A stretch of DNA of 64,000 nucleotides from Planctomycetota bacterium (GTDB lineage Bacteria > Planctomycetota > MHYJ01 > WSZJ01): positions 9,160 through 73,159 of the forward strand of contig WSZJ01000008.1 in assembly GCA_009773755.1 (NCBI GenBank). Reading direction: 5' to 3'. Below the pieces are notes generated by a model. The model ran no database searches. It worked only from the letters and a program-made list of their open reading frames with translations, and was not told where the DNA came from. The position numbers and the translations under genes were made by a program. The stretch's first letter is position 1, and the number at the start of each line of letters is the position of its first letter. Shown here in pieces: positions 54,552-63,201 of this stretch.

Positions 54552-55285
54552 GAACGCTTGTTCGCCCCGCCCTCCGCCACCAGCTTGCTCGCGCGCAGCA
54601 GCGACTCAAAAGTCCCCGCGTCCGACCACCAGCCGTCCAACACGTCGTGCGTCATCGTCCCCTGCTCGATGTAGAAATTGTTTACGTCGGTGATCTCGAG
54701 CTCGCCGCGGCCCGACGGCTTGCAGCGCTTGATGAATTCCCACACCTGCTCGTCGTACATGTAGATTCCAATGACCGCGAATTTCGACTTCGGCTGCTTC
54801 GGCTTCTCTTCGATTTTCACGACCTGCGTCCCCTTCAACTCCGGCACGCCGAACCGCTCGGGATCCGGCACCTCCTTGAGCAGGATCTTCGCGCCCTTCG
54901 CCTGCGCCCGAAACTTCTTCACCGCTTCAGCGATGTTCCTCTCGATGATGTTGTCTCCGAGCACAACCGCGATCCGCTCCCCCTTCCCGAACTGCTCGCA
55001 GATCCCCAGCGCTTCCGCAATCCCGCCCTCGCCTTTCTGGTAGGCGTAATTGATCTGCTTCAGCCCGAATTCCTCGCCGTTGCCGAGCAGCTTCAGGAAA
55101 TCCCCCGCCGAGTTTCCGCCCGTAACGATCATGATGTCCCGGATCCCTGCGTCGACGAGCGCCTGGATCGGGTAATAGACCATCGGCTTGTTGTAGACCG
55201 GCAGGAGGTGCTTGTTGGTCACCTTGGTGAGCGGCATCATTCGGGTGCCAAGGCCGCCGGCGAGGACGATTCCTTTCACGGGCAT
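54548..55285 (-). CDS. Sugar-phosphate nucleotidyltransferase (RmlA-like, short form)
   Basis: The N-terminus KGIVLAGGLGTRMMPLTKVTNKHLLPVYNKPMVYYPIQALVDAGIRDIMIV closely follows the glucose-1-phosphate thymidylyltransferase signature. Confidence 0.85.
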   Translation of the reverse strand: MPVKGIVLAGGLGTRMMPLTKVTNKHLLPVYNKPMVYYPIQALVDAGIRDIMIVTGGNSAGDFLKLLGNGEEFGLKQINYAYQKGEGGIAEALGICEQFGKGERIAVVLGDNIIERNIAEAVKKFRAQAKGAKILLKEVPDPERFGVPELKGTQVVKIEEKPKQPKSKFAVIGIYMYDEQVWEFIKRCKPSGRGELEITDVNNFYIEQGTMTHDVLDGWWSDAGTFESLLRASKLVAEGGANKRS

Positions 55286-55355
55286 CTCCTTTTGAAGGGG
55301 CGCGAGTGTACCCGCAAGAGGAGGAACGGTTGATCGAAACGAAGCCGCGGCGGGC

Positions 55356-55718
55356 GTGGCAATGGATTCGCGCGCCGCTGATCGGGCTGGCGCTCTCGCC
55401 GACCTCGAGGCCGATGGTGGGACCGACACTCTCTCGATCGCCGACTGCCGCCAGGCGCTGGGCCGGCATGCCGAAGCCGTCAAATCCTACGACGCGTACC
55501 TTCGGCATTCCCGCTCACTCGACGTCGTCTACCGCCGGGGCGTCTCCCGCTTCGCCATCGGCGACCGCGCGGGCGCCCTGGAGGATTTTTCCCGGGCGTG
55601 TCTCGACGAAGGCTCGCCGCGGACGGCGGCAATGGACTTCATCCAGCAGCACCCCGGGGATCCCATGTCCGCCGTCCTGCAGGAAGCCCTGCGCCCGAAA
55701 CCCGAAGCCCCACGGTGA
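55356..55718 (+). CDS. Small TPR-like hypothetical protein
   Basis: 120 aa with helical-repeat-like segments (AEAVKSYDAYLRHS..., GDRAGALEDFSRACL). The start is GTG 55356 or ATG 55362. Confidence 0.4.
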   Translation: MAMDSRAADRAGALADLEADGGTDTLSIADCRQALGRHAEAVKSYDAYLRHSRSLDVVYRRGVSRFAIGDRAGALEDFSRACLDEGSPRTAAMDFIQQHPGDPMSAVLQEALRPKPEAPR

Positions 55719-55769
55719 GAACGGCATGATGCACATCTACTAATCCAGGTTCGCTTCGAAGGGGCGCGC

Positions 55770-56810
55770 GTGACCACGGAAAACCGGGAGGGATTGATCG
55801 AAACGGCTGTGCGGCGCATGCCGAAGGCGGAGATGCATTTTCATTTCGAAGGGGCGTTCCGGTGGTCGACGGTGCGCGAACTGCACCCGGACGGGCGGGC
55901 GCTCCCGGAGATCCCGCCGTGGCATGGAAAGCCCTTTGAGAACTGGGAAGCCTTCACCGCAGTCTTCAGCCAGTTCCTGAAACCCGTGACCGGCAAGCCG
56001 GAGTGGATCGAACGCCACGCGCTCGAAGCGCTCGAAGACCTCGCTCTTCAAAACGTGCGCTACGTCGAACTTCTCGTCTCGCATCGCTTCCATGCGTGGC
56101 GCGGCCTGTCCGAACGCGAGGTCTGGGAAGCGGTCGTGCGAGGCCGAGCGCGCGCGCAGGCGAAACACCGGATCGACGCGCCGCTCTTCCTGGGCGTCTC
56201 GCGCGACCAGCCACCCGAGGCGGCGGAAGCGATCTTCGAGCAAATCGCGGAATTCGCGGTGCCCGCCGGGTGGCTGAAAGGGATCGACCTGCAGAGCGAC
56301 GAGCGTGCGCGTCCGAACCGCGATTTCGCGCGGCTCTACGCGAAAGCGGCACAACTCGGGTTGAAATTGCGCGCGCACGCGGGCGAACACGGGGGAGCAG
56401 AAAACGTGCGCGACGCGGTGGATCTGTGCGGAGCCCTCCACATCTCGCACGGCACGCGCGCCGCCGAGGAGCCGGCGCTCGTCGCCTACCTGGCCCGCAC
56501 CGGCGCCTGGCTTCACCTGTGCCCGTCCAGCAACTGGCTCCTCGGAGTCTGCCCGTCCATCGCAGCCAATCCCCTTCGCAAGCTTCAAGACGCCGGCGTC
56601 CGCTGCACCGTCAACTCTGACGACCCGCTGCTCTTCGCGACCGATACGACGCGCGAGTACCTGATCGCGACAACGGAAATGGGGTTCAGCCGTTCGGAAA
56701 TCGCCGGGCTTGCGAAGAATGCTTTTGGAGCCAGTCTATTGGCCGATCGCGACATCGCGGAAGCGTGCGCCGAGATTGACCGTTGCCTCAGCACCAGGAA
56801 ATCACCATGA
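55770..56810 (+). CDS. Adenosine/adenine deaminase family amidohydrolase
   Basis: The metal-binding motif is PKAEMHFHFEGA, with HAGE and VNSDDPLLFATDTTREY near the C-terminus. The start is GTG 55770 or ATG 55818. Confidence 0.8.
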   Translation: MTTENREGLIETAVRRMPKAEMHFHFEGAFRWSTVRELHPDGRALPEIPPWHGKPFENWEAFTAVFSQFLKPVTGKPEWIERHALEALEDLALQNVRYVELLVSHRFHAWRGLSEREVWEAVVRGRARAQAKHRIDAPLFLGVSRDQPPEAAEAIFEQIAEFAVPAGWLKGIDLQSDERARPNRDFARLYAKAAQLGLKLRAHAGEHGGAENVRDAVDLCGALHISHGTRAAEEPALVAYLARTGAWLHLCPSSNWLLGVCPSIAANPLRKLQDAGVRCTVNSDDPLLFATDTTREYLIATTEMGFSRSEIAGLAKNAFGASLLADRDIAEACAEIDRCLSTRKSP

Positions 56811-56960
56811 ACTGGGGCCGCACCCGCTACCAATCGGTCGGGTCAGCGAGCTCAGGAATTCTCACGCCTTCGGCTTCGAGCACCGATTTCACTCTCGAGA
56901 GCATCTCCAGGGTCTTCACTTTCTCGAACGCACCGTACATGTCGCAGAGGCCCATGCGCG

Positions 56961-57740
56961 CTACTTCGAGAGCATTCCGGACGCCGGGCTCGACGGATTT
57001 CCTTCGAAGGACCGCTTCGGAATCCGCCCGGCCAGGAACGCCAACCGCCCGCCGATCACGCCGTGCTTCATCGCCGCCGCCATCTTCGCCGGGTCCTTCG
57101 CGTGGGCGATCCCCGTGTTGCACAGCACCCCCGCGGCGCCGAGCTCCATCGCGACAGCGACGTCGGAAGCGGTGCCGACGCCCGCGTCGACGATGACGGG
57201 GACGGCGAGTCGATGGAGGATGATCTGCAAATTGTGCGGGTTCAGGATCCCGAGCCCGCTGCCGATGAGCGACCCGAGCGGCATCACGGAAGCGCACCCC
57301 GCGTCCTGCAGCTTCAGCGCCGTCACGGGGTCGTCGCTCGTGTACGCCATCACGACGAACCCTTCCTTCACCAGCACCCGCGCCGCCTTCAGCGTCTCCT
57401 CCACGTCCGGCAGCAGCGTCTTCTCGTCCGCCAGAACCTCAAGCTTCACCAGGTCGCTCAGCCCCGCTTCCCGCCCCAGCCGCGCATAACGCAGCGCGTC
57501 ATCGGCGTTGAAGCACCCCGCGGTGTTGGGGAGGATCTTGAAGCGCTCCCGGTCGATGCGCGTGAGGATCGACTCTCTCGCCTTGAGATCGACGCGGCGC
57601 ACCGCGACTGTGACGCAATCCGCGCCCGAGGCGTCGAGCGCCGCGGCCATGACGTCGAGGGTCGCGTACTTCCCCGTCCCGACAATCAGTCGCGACCGGA
57701 ACTCGTGTTTTCCAACTTTGAAAGCATCCCCGTCGTTCAT
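56961..57740 (-). CDS. thiG: Thiazole synthase
   Basis: Motifs [23 protein letters not shown] and [13 protein letters not shown]. 259 aa. Confidence 0.95.
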   Translation of the reverse strand: MNDGDAFKVGKHEFRSRLIVGTGKYATLDVMAAALDASGADCVTVAVRRVDLKARESILTRIDRERFKILPNTAGCFNADDALRYARLGREAGLSDLVKLEVLADEKTLLPDVEETLKAARVLVKEGFVVMAYTSDDPVTALKLQDAGCASVMPLGSLIGSGLGILNPHNLQIILHRLAVPVIVDAGVGTASDVAVAMELGAAGVLCNTGIAHAKDPAKMAAAMKHGVIGGRLAFLAGRIPKRSFEGNPSSPASGMLSK

Positions 57741-57743
57741 CGA

Positions 57744-57773
57744 CCCTTTCCCTTTCCCGTTCCCTTTCCCGCC
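57744..57773. repeat. Solo CCCTTT/CCCGTT hexamer tract filling the thiS-thiG spacer
   Basis: The sequence is CCCTTTCCCTTTCCCGTTCCCTTTCCCGCC. It uses the same unit family as the arms at 50083-50264 and the tract at 63244-63279. No inverted partner lies nearby. Confidence 0.85.
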
Positions 57774-57782
57774 AATTCCCTG

Positions 57783-57983
57783 TTACCCGCCCCCGACGAA
57801 GCTCACCACCTCAACCCGGTCCCCGTCCTTCAACATCCGCCCAGCCCTCTCCGCTCTCACGACGATCTCCAGGTTGACCTCAGTCGCCACCATCGGCTCC
57901 CGGAGCCCGATCTCCCCGAGCAGTCCGTCGAGGGTCATTCCTTCGCGGACCTCTCGTTCGTCCCCGTTGAGCGTGATCTTCAC
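57783..57983 (-). CDS. thiS: Sulfur-carrier protein ThiS
   Basis: 66 aa, GTG start, ubiquitin-like pattern ending in VSFVGGG. Confidence 0.85.
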   Translation of the reverse strand: MKITLNGDEREVREGMTLDGLLGEIGLREPMVATEVNLEIVVRAERAGRMLKDGDRVEVVSFVGGG

Positions 57984-58059
57984 GCGGGAAAGTGTAAGCC
58001 GTCCCGTGCACGCCGCAAAGTCCCTGAAATCCGCCCTTGTTCCCGACTATGATTGCGCC

Positions 58060-59502
58060 ATGGATTGCAAGGGGTCCAAGAGCTGCATGAACCCGTTCGC
58101 GCCCTTCCTCCTCGCCATCATTCTCTGTTCCTGCGCCGCTCAGGAATCGCACGATGCCCTCGATTCGAAAACGTCGGAGACCCGGCGACGCATTGACGCC
58201 AGGATCGCCCGGGCGGAATCGGCAATCGCCAAATCCGTGGCGGAGTCGAACGCTTCGCCGAGCGTCGTGTCTCCCGAAAAGACGCGGGCTTCCCTCGTCG
58301 AGTACGACGCCCTGTCCGAGGTCGATCTGGTCGAGCCGGCGGAAGACGCGACCGTCTCCGGCTGGATCATTCGACTCGGCGATGCGACCGGGAGCGGATC
58401 GCGAAAGGCGTGGCAGAAACTTCTGGAGCAGGGTCTTCGAGTGGCCGGCCGTCTGCAGGAGGCGTCGCGCGAGGATTCGCTGAGCGGCATTCAGGCGTCG
58501 TCACTTCTCGACGTCATGGATCCTGAGATCACGGAGGGCTGGTGCCGCGACGGGCTCGCGGGCTGGGGGCTGATCGAAAATGGAAGCGGCTTCCTTGCCT
58601 GGACCGGCGATCCCCCTCGCACTCTCGTCCGCATTGCGACATCGAGCGGCGAGACAGTCTGGTCGGTGACCGAGCAAGCTCTTACGGACATTGTGGGAGG
58701 AAATGGCGAAATCTGGTGGAACCCAAGGCAATGCCCGGAGCTGGACTCCCTGACTCACCGGTACATTCTGGTTGATCGTGGCGCGCTTCGAATTGAGGTG
58801 GATGGAATCACCGGAAAACTCGAGGCCACTCGGGGCTTCCGACGCGATTTCGAAGTCCCGCTACCACCAGAGGTGTCGTCGGATCGCGCTTCGCTGACTC
58901 GAAGATTCTCGGACGGAGTAGTCGTAATGTGCCGCAAGGACGGCGCCTGGATCCGAAGCGCAGGCCGCTCAAGTTGGAACGACTTGACGGTTGGCTCCTA
59001 TCGAAAACATGCTCTTGACGTGGGCGTGACGCCGTTTCGCATCTTGGTTCTTTACCAGGACCGCCTACTCCTCTACGACCGAGCGAACTTCAAGTTGCTC
59101 GAAGAGACGATCCCGATCCGGGACGCCCGTTGGATGAGCGTGCAGGTTCAGGAAGGACTGGTCTTCCTCGGCGCCCCGGGGTGGACTTCGTTCGGCGTGC
59201 TCGGTGGGAGCCTCCCGCGGCCTCTCGGCCGTAGCCGCGCTTACACGGGACGGATGGTCGCGATGACCGGCGATCCGGATGGCCGCTGGGTTGCCGCGGC
59301 CGACAGAGAGGGTCTTATCCGCGTTTTCCTCGGGGCGACGCTCGAACGCATCGCGACGTTGGAAAGCGGGATGCGAATTCAGCGCCTTGAGTTCGTCGCT
59401 GATCCGCCTACGCTCGTGGCAATCTCGGCGACTTCAGATTGGCCAGAAAAGGTTCGCATTCGGACCTGGAACTTCGATGCGAGCACCACCGCCAAAAAAT
59501 GA
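58060..59502 (+). CDS. Hypothetical lipoprotein (480 aa)
   Basis: Signal peptide with a lipobox-like LAIILCSC. The C-terminal part has WD40/beta-propeller-like strands (GRWVAAADREGLIRVF). G+C is lower than in the neighbours. Confidence 0.55.
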   Translation: MDCKGSKSCMNPFAPFLLAIILCSCAAQESHDALDSKTSETRRRIDARIARAESAIAKSVAESNASPSVVSPEKTRASLVEYDALSEVDLVEPAEDATVSGWIIRLGDATGSGSRKAWQKLLEQGLRVAGRLQEASREDSLSGIQASSLLDVMDPEITEGWCRDGLAGWGLIENGSGFLAWTGDPPRTLVRIATSSGETVWSVTEQALTDIVGGNGEIWWNPRQCPELDSLTHRYILVDRGALRIEVDGITGKLEATRGFRRDFEVPLPPEVSSDRASLTRRFSDGVVVMCRKDGAWIRSAGRSSWNDLTVGSYRKHALDVGVTPFRILVLYQDRLLLYDRANFKLLEETIPIRDARWMSVQVQEGLVFLGAPGWTSFGVLGGSLPRPLGRSRAYTGRMVAMTGDPDGRWVAAADREGLIRVFLGATLERIATLESGMRIQRLEFVADPPTLVAISATSDWPEKVRIRTWNFDASTTAKK

Positions 59503-59532
59503 ACCCCGCGTCTCCGCAGGGTTTTGTTCTTC
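59502..59532 (+). terminator. Rho-independent terminator after the lipoprotein gene
   Basis: The stem AACCCCGCG (59502-59510) pairs with CGCAGGGTT (59515-59523) with one mismatch, followed by TTGTTCTTC. Confidence 0.5.
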
Positions 59533-59546
59533 GTCGTTCCTGCCTG

Positions 59547-59606
59547 CTACCTCCTACCAACTCCCCACTCCTCCCTACTCAATCCTCACCACTCCCAACT
59601 CCCAAC
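59547..59606. repeat. C/T-rich ~7-nt periodic tract (CTACCTC-like units), solo
   Basis: The sequence is CTACCTCCTACCAACTCCCCACTCCTCCCTACTCAATCCTCACCACTCCCAACTCCCAACC, in the convergent intergenic region before the rpsU stop. Its first units resemble the 26381-26405 arm. Confidence 0.7.
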
Positions 59607-59611
59607 CGGCC

Positions 59612-59821
59612 TTACCGGTAAACCTTCTTCACCTTCTTCTTCCCGATATTCCGGATGTTCTTTTCCCGCTGTTTGGCCTCACGGCGGCGCTGCTCGCTGG
59701 GCTTCTCGTAGTACGTCGAGCGCTTGATCTCTTTGAAAATTCCCGCGTCGTTGCAGATGCGCTTGAACTGTTTGAGTGCCCGATCGAGCTGGTCCTTCTT
59801 GTCGATGTTGATCTTGATCAT
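59612..59821 (-). CDS. rpsU: 30S ribosomal protein S21
   Basis: 69 aa, MIKINIDKKDQLDRALKQFKRICNDAGIFKEIKRSTYYEKPSEQRRREAK, matching the S21 pattern. Confidence 0.9.
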   Translation of the reverse strand: MIKINIDKKDQLDRALKQFKRICNDAGIFKEIKRSTYYEKPSEQRRREAKQREKNIRNIGKKKVKKVYR

Positions 59822-59853
59822 TCGCCGCCTTCGGTCCTTTCGTTGCTGGAGCT

Positions 59854-60162
59854 TCAATGGGGAGAGCGACCGCCGCCCCCGCCTTTCTGCTTGTCGAAAC
59901 AGGCGCGGCAATATACAGGCTTCTGCAGCCGGGGTACAAATGGAACTTCTGCCTCCGCCCCGCAGCCGGCGCACTTCGTCTTGTGCATCTGCTGCCCCGG
60001 CAGGAGCCCGCGCCCCTCCCGCTTCCGCTTCTCCCGGCACGGCGTGCAGCGCCGCGGCTCGTTGGCAAACCCCTTCTGCTGGTGGAACTCCTGCTCCGCA
60101 GCGGTGAAAACAAACGCCGCCCCGCAGTCCGAACAACTGAGCTGCTTGTCCTGGTAGGCCAT
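59854..60162 (-). CDS. Zinc-ribbon (double CxxC) small protein
   Basis: Motifs CSDCGAAFVFTAAEQEFHQQKGF..PRRCTPC and CAGCGAEAEVPF.P....PVYCRAC. The gene lies immediately upstream of rpsU. Confidence 0.7.
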   Translation of the reverse strand: MAYQDKQLSCSDCGAAFVFTAAEQEFHQQKGFANEPRRCTPCREKRKREGRGLLPGQQMHKTKCAGCGAEAEVPFVPRLQKPVYCRACFDKQKGGGGGRSPH

Positions 60163-60332
60163 ACAAGGACTCCCCTGATCAGTTGCACCGGCGGCGGAGT
60201 ATGCGTCAGAGTCTCCGCGCGGAGGCTGCCGTCCCTCACGGCCGCCAGCGCGACTGCCATTCCCTCCTTGGGGAGCAGGCTTGCAAGTAGCTTACGCCTT
60301 TCACGTGGCCTTAACGAAGCCCAAAAGCGCGC

Positions 60333-61205
60333 TTAGTCCGCGAGCTGCCGGAGGAGCCCGAAGCGGAGGCCGGTGGCGACGGGGACGAGGCGGTCGCGGC
60401 GGAGGTGACGGACGGCGAGGTGCACGACCGCTGCGCCGGCGGAAATGATGTCCTCGCGGCCCCACGGAACGCCGAGGCCAAGGATCTGCGGGGGAGACAG
60501 GGTGCGCAGGAGCGCAGACATCGAGGCGATGCGATCCGCGGCGAGGGGCTGGAAGGGGTCGGCCGGGTGGGCGAGCTTCGCGAGGGTGGCGACGGTCCCG
60601 CCGACGCCGATCAGCGTCCCGGGGAGATCCGGGGGGACGGAAGCGAGCGCCGCGAGGACGTGGTCTTCCAGCAGGGTCCACGAGCCTGCACGGGCGGGCC
60701 CGGCTCCGGGGAGGAAGCGCTCGCGGAGCCGGACGGCGCCGAGGGGGAGGCGGGTGGACCAGGTGACAATCTCGCCGTCGCCGGCGGTGATTTCCGCCGA
60801 GCCGCCGCCGACGTCCAGGACCACCGAAGGACCGGCCGGGAGGTTAAGCGTCCCGCCCAGCCACGAAAGACGCGCTTCCTCCTCCCCGCTCAGCACGCGC
60901 ACATCGAGGCCGCGACTCCGGCAGGCGAGAAGGAACTCGGCGGCGTTCGTCGCGTTCCGAGCCGCTTCCGTCGCGGTGACGACGGTCTGGGAAGCGCCCG
61001 CCTCGCGCGCTGTGGCGGCGAATTTCAGGGCGGCATCGATGGTGCGCACCATCGCGTCCGTCGACAGCGGCTTCCCCTCGCCGATCCCCTCTCCAAGCCG
61101 CGTGTAGGCGATTTCCTCCTTGAGCGGCGAGAGATTCCGCCCCTCGACCTTTGCCACGAGGAGCTTCACCGTGTTCGAACCGATGTCGATCGCTGCGAGG
61201 ATCAC
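60333..61205 (-). CDS. Ppx/GppA-family phosphatase (two-domain short form)
   Basis: The GTG at 61205 overlaps the mgtE stop (GTGA). Motifs AAIDIGSNTVKLLV and LDVGGGSAEI are present. Confidence 0.75.
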   Translation of the reverse strand: MILAAIDIGSNTVKLLVAKVEGRNLSPLKEEIAYTRLGEGIGEGKPLSTDAMVRTIDAALKFAATAREAGASQTVVTATEAARNATNAAEFLLACRSRGLDVRVLSGEEEARLSWLGGTLNLPAGPSVVLDVGGGSAEITAGDGEIVTWSTRLPLGAVRLRERFLPGAGPARAGSWTLLEDHVLAALASVPPDLPGTLIGVGGTVATLAKLAHPADPFQPLAADRIASMSALLRTLSPPQILGLGVPWGREDIISAGAAVVHLAVRHLRRDRLVPVATGLRFGLLRQLAD

Positions 61206-62557
61206 CCGAGGATTCTCAGGAGGGCGATCGAGCAGCCCATGTAGATGAGGGTCGCGGTGATGTCGTTGAGAGCGGTGATGAAGGGGCCTGCGGAGATGGC
61301 GGGGTCGGCCTTGAAGTGGTGGAGGATGAGGGGGAATGCGGTGCCGTTGAGTGCTGCGGCGGTGATCGCGGTGATCATCGAGATGGAGACGATGGCGCCG
61401 ATGTGCGCTGAGGCGGTGAACCAGCCCGCGGCCCCGATAAGCGCGCCGCAGACGAGGCCGATGAGGGCGCCGACGCGCGTTTCGGCGAAGAGAATCCCGA
61501 AGATCCTCGATGTTTTTATTTCTCCCGTGGCGAGACCCCGCACGACGAGCGTCGATGACTGCACCGCAACATTTCCCGCGGTCCCCATCATGACGGGGAT
61601 GAACAGCACCAGCGCGATGAACTCCAGCGGCTGCATTCCTTTGAACCAGTTCTGGATGTTCCCGACGATGAGCCCGCCCAGCAGCGGCGGGATCAGCCAC
61701 GGCATGCGCAACAGCACCCGCTTCATCACCGGGTCCGCGAACATGTTCAGCCCGCCCGCGCCGCCCATCTTCAGCAGGTCTTCCCCGGCTTCCTCGGCGA
61801 CTACCTGAAGGATCGTGTCCGCAGTAACGACGCCCAGCAGCCGCCCGTTCGCGTCCGTAACCGGAACCGCCGAGAGCGTAAACCGCCGCACGATGAGCGC
61901 CACCTCTTCCTGGTCCATCTGCGGCAGCACCGTGACCGTGTCCGGCTTCATGATGTCCGTGATCCGCGTTTCGGGCGAGGCGCGCAGCAGCGACCGGATC
62001 GACAGCACTCCCTTCAGCACTCCGGACGCATCCACCACGTAAATGTAGACCACCGTGTTCGACTGCACCGCGCCCTGCAGCGCCTTCAGCGCTTCCGTCG
62101 CCGTCGCCGTAACCGGGACTGCGACGAAATTGGTCGTCATGAGCGCGCCCGCGGTCTTCTCGCCGTACCGCAGCAGCTCCCGGACTTGCTCCTTCTGCCG
62201 CTTCGACAGGAACTCGAGCGCCGCGTCGCGCCCGTGCTCCTGCGCGATCAATCGCACCGTCGCCGCGGCGTCGTCAGCCGACATCGCGCCGAGGACTTTC
62301 TGCACGAGGTCCTGCGGAAGCGCGTTGACGACCTCTTTGGTCGCGTTGTCGTCGAGCTCCGCGAGCACGGCCGCCGCAGTCTCCATGTCGAGCAGCTTGA
62401 AGACCTGCGCCTTCTCTTCGCCGGTCAGGTCCTCGAGGATGAACGCCATGTCGACGGGATGGACGATTTCCAGCATCCCGTCCAGCTCGTCGCGCGAAAT
62501 TCCCTTTCGCTCGAGGATTGAAGCGAGTTCCTGGATGACGGCGGAGTTCTTCTCCAT
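61202..62557 (-). CDS. mgtE: Magnesium transporter MgtE
   Basis: An MgtE N-domain is followed by a CBS pair and five C-terminal TM helices with GNVAVQSS and PFITALNDITA. Confidence 0.9.
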   Translation of the reverse strand: MEKNSAVIQELASILERKGISRDELDGMLEIVHPVDMAFILEDLTGEEKAQVFKLLDMETAAAVLAELDDNATKEVVNALPQDLVQKVLGAMSADDAAATVRLIAQEHGRDAALEFLSKRQKEQVRELLRYGEKTAGALMTTNFVAVPVTATATEALKALQGAVQSNTVVYIYVVDASGVLKGVLSIRSLLRASPETRITDIMKPDTVTVLPQMDQEEVALIVRRFTLSAVPVTDANGRLLGVVTADTILQVVAEEAGEDLLKMGGAGGLNMFADPVMKRVLLRMPWLIPPLLGGLIVGNIQNWFKGMQPLEFIALVLFIPVMMGTAGNVAVQSSTLVVRGLATGEIKTSRIFGILFAETRVGALIGLVCGALIGAAGWFTASAHIGAIVSISMITAITAAALNGTAFPLILHHFKADPAISAGPFITALNDITATLIYMGCSIALLRILG

Positions 62558-62685
62558 GCAGTCCCGGGTGTGAGGCGAGGTCGGAGGAAGAAGCGGGCGG
62601 AAGCGGGCATTATGGACGGGGGGAGAGGCCCGCGCAAATCAAACGGAGAGAGATCGGATTCCTTCGTGTCCAGCGCAATGCAGCA

Positions 62686-62783
62686 GAACGAAAAACGAAA
62701 AACAAAAAACGAAAAGAAAACGACCGCGGTCGCTGTACTTTTCGTTTTTCGTTTTTCGTTTTTTGTTTTTCGTTTCGTTGTTC
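62686..62783. repeat. A/T-rich imperfect inverted repeat of CGAAAAA units
   Basis: The left arm is 62686-62716 (GAACGAAAAACGAAAAACAAAAAACGAAAAG). The right arm is 62738-62783 (CTTTTCGTTTTTCGTTTTTCGTTTTTTGTTTTTCGTTTCGTTGTTC). The ~21-nt spacer contains CGACCGCGGTCG. The element lies in the mgtE leader. Confidence 0.85.
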
Positions 62784-62803
62784 TCTGTTGCGGAATACTC
62801 AGC

Positions 62804-63193
62804 CTATTCCTTCGCCTGACCGCCTTCCTCCTCCTTCTCAAACGCGGTCGCCAGATCCCATCCTCCGTCAAAGTCCTCCCTCTTGTCTTCGTCGCGGCGT
62901 TTCATAACGCCGGCCTCGATGAGGTTGTAGACGATGTCGCCGAAGTGGCTGCTCTGCGTCACGCCCCACGCCTTGAACACCATCGGCGCCAGCCGCCCGA
63001 ATTCCTTCGCCGCCAGCCGCCGGATCCCCTCGAGCAGATCCTGCCCCGAAACGTGCTGCCGCTTCCCTTTCATCTCGTGCATCGTGTAATCGAGGCCCTG
63101 GAACGTGAACGCGTAGGCCTCGGCGGTGAAGCGCGGGTCTTTCTGGCGGATTTCGCGGAGCATCGCGGGGAAATCGGTGGTTTCTTCGGCCAT
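62804..63193 (-). CDS. Conserved-looking hypothetical protein (129 aa)
   Basis: Non-biased composition with an acidic C-terminus. The ATG lies 8 nt after the metG stop. No family could be assigned with confidence. Confidence 0.55.
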   Translation of the reverse strand: MAEETTDFPAMLREIRQKDPRFTAEAYAFTFQGLDYTMHEMKGKRQHVSGQDLLEGIRRLAAKEFGRLAPMVFKAWGVTQSSHFGDIVYNLIEAGVMKRRDEDKREDFDGGWDLATAFEKEEEGGQAKE

Positions 63194-63201
63194 GACTCCC
63201 T

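Noticed and set aside
57984-58059. TPP riboswitch upstream of thiS
   Set aside because: The 76-nt divergent spacer lacks the conserved CUGAGA and ACCUGAUCUGGAUAAUGCCAGCG cores and is too short.
62558-62803. M-box (Mg2+) riboswitch in the mgtE leader
   Set aside because: I could not find the conserved M-box core sequences by eye, and the leader is dominated by the A/T-rich hairpin instead. A covariance-model scan is needed for certainty.
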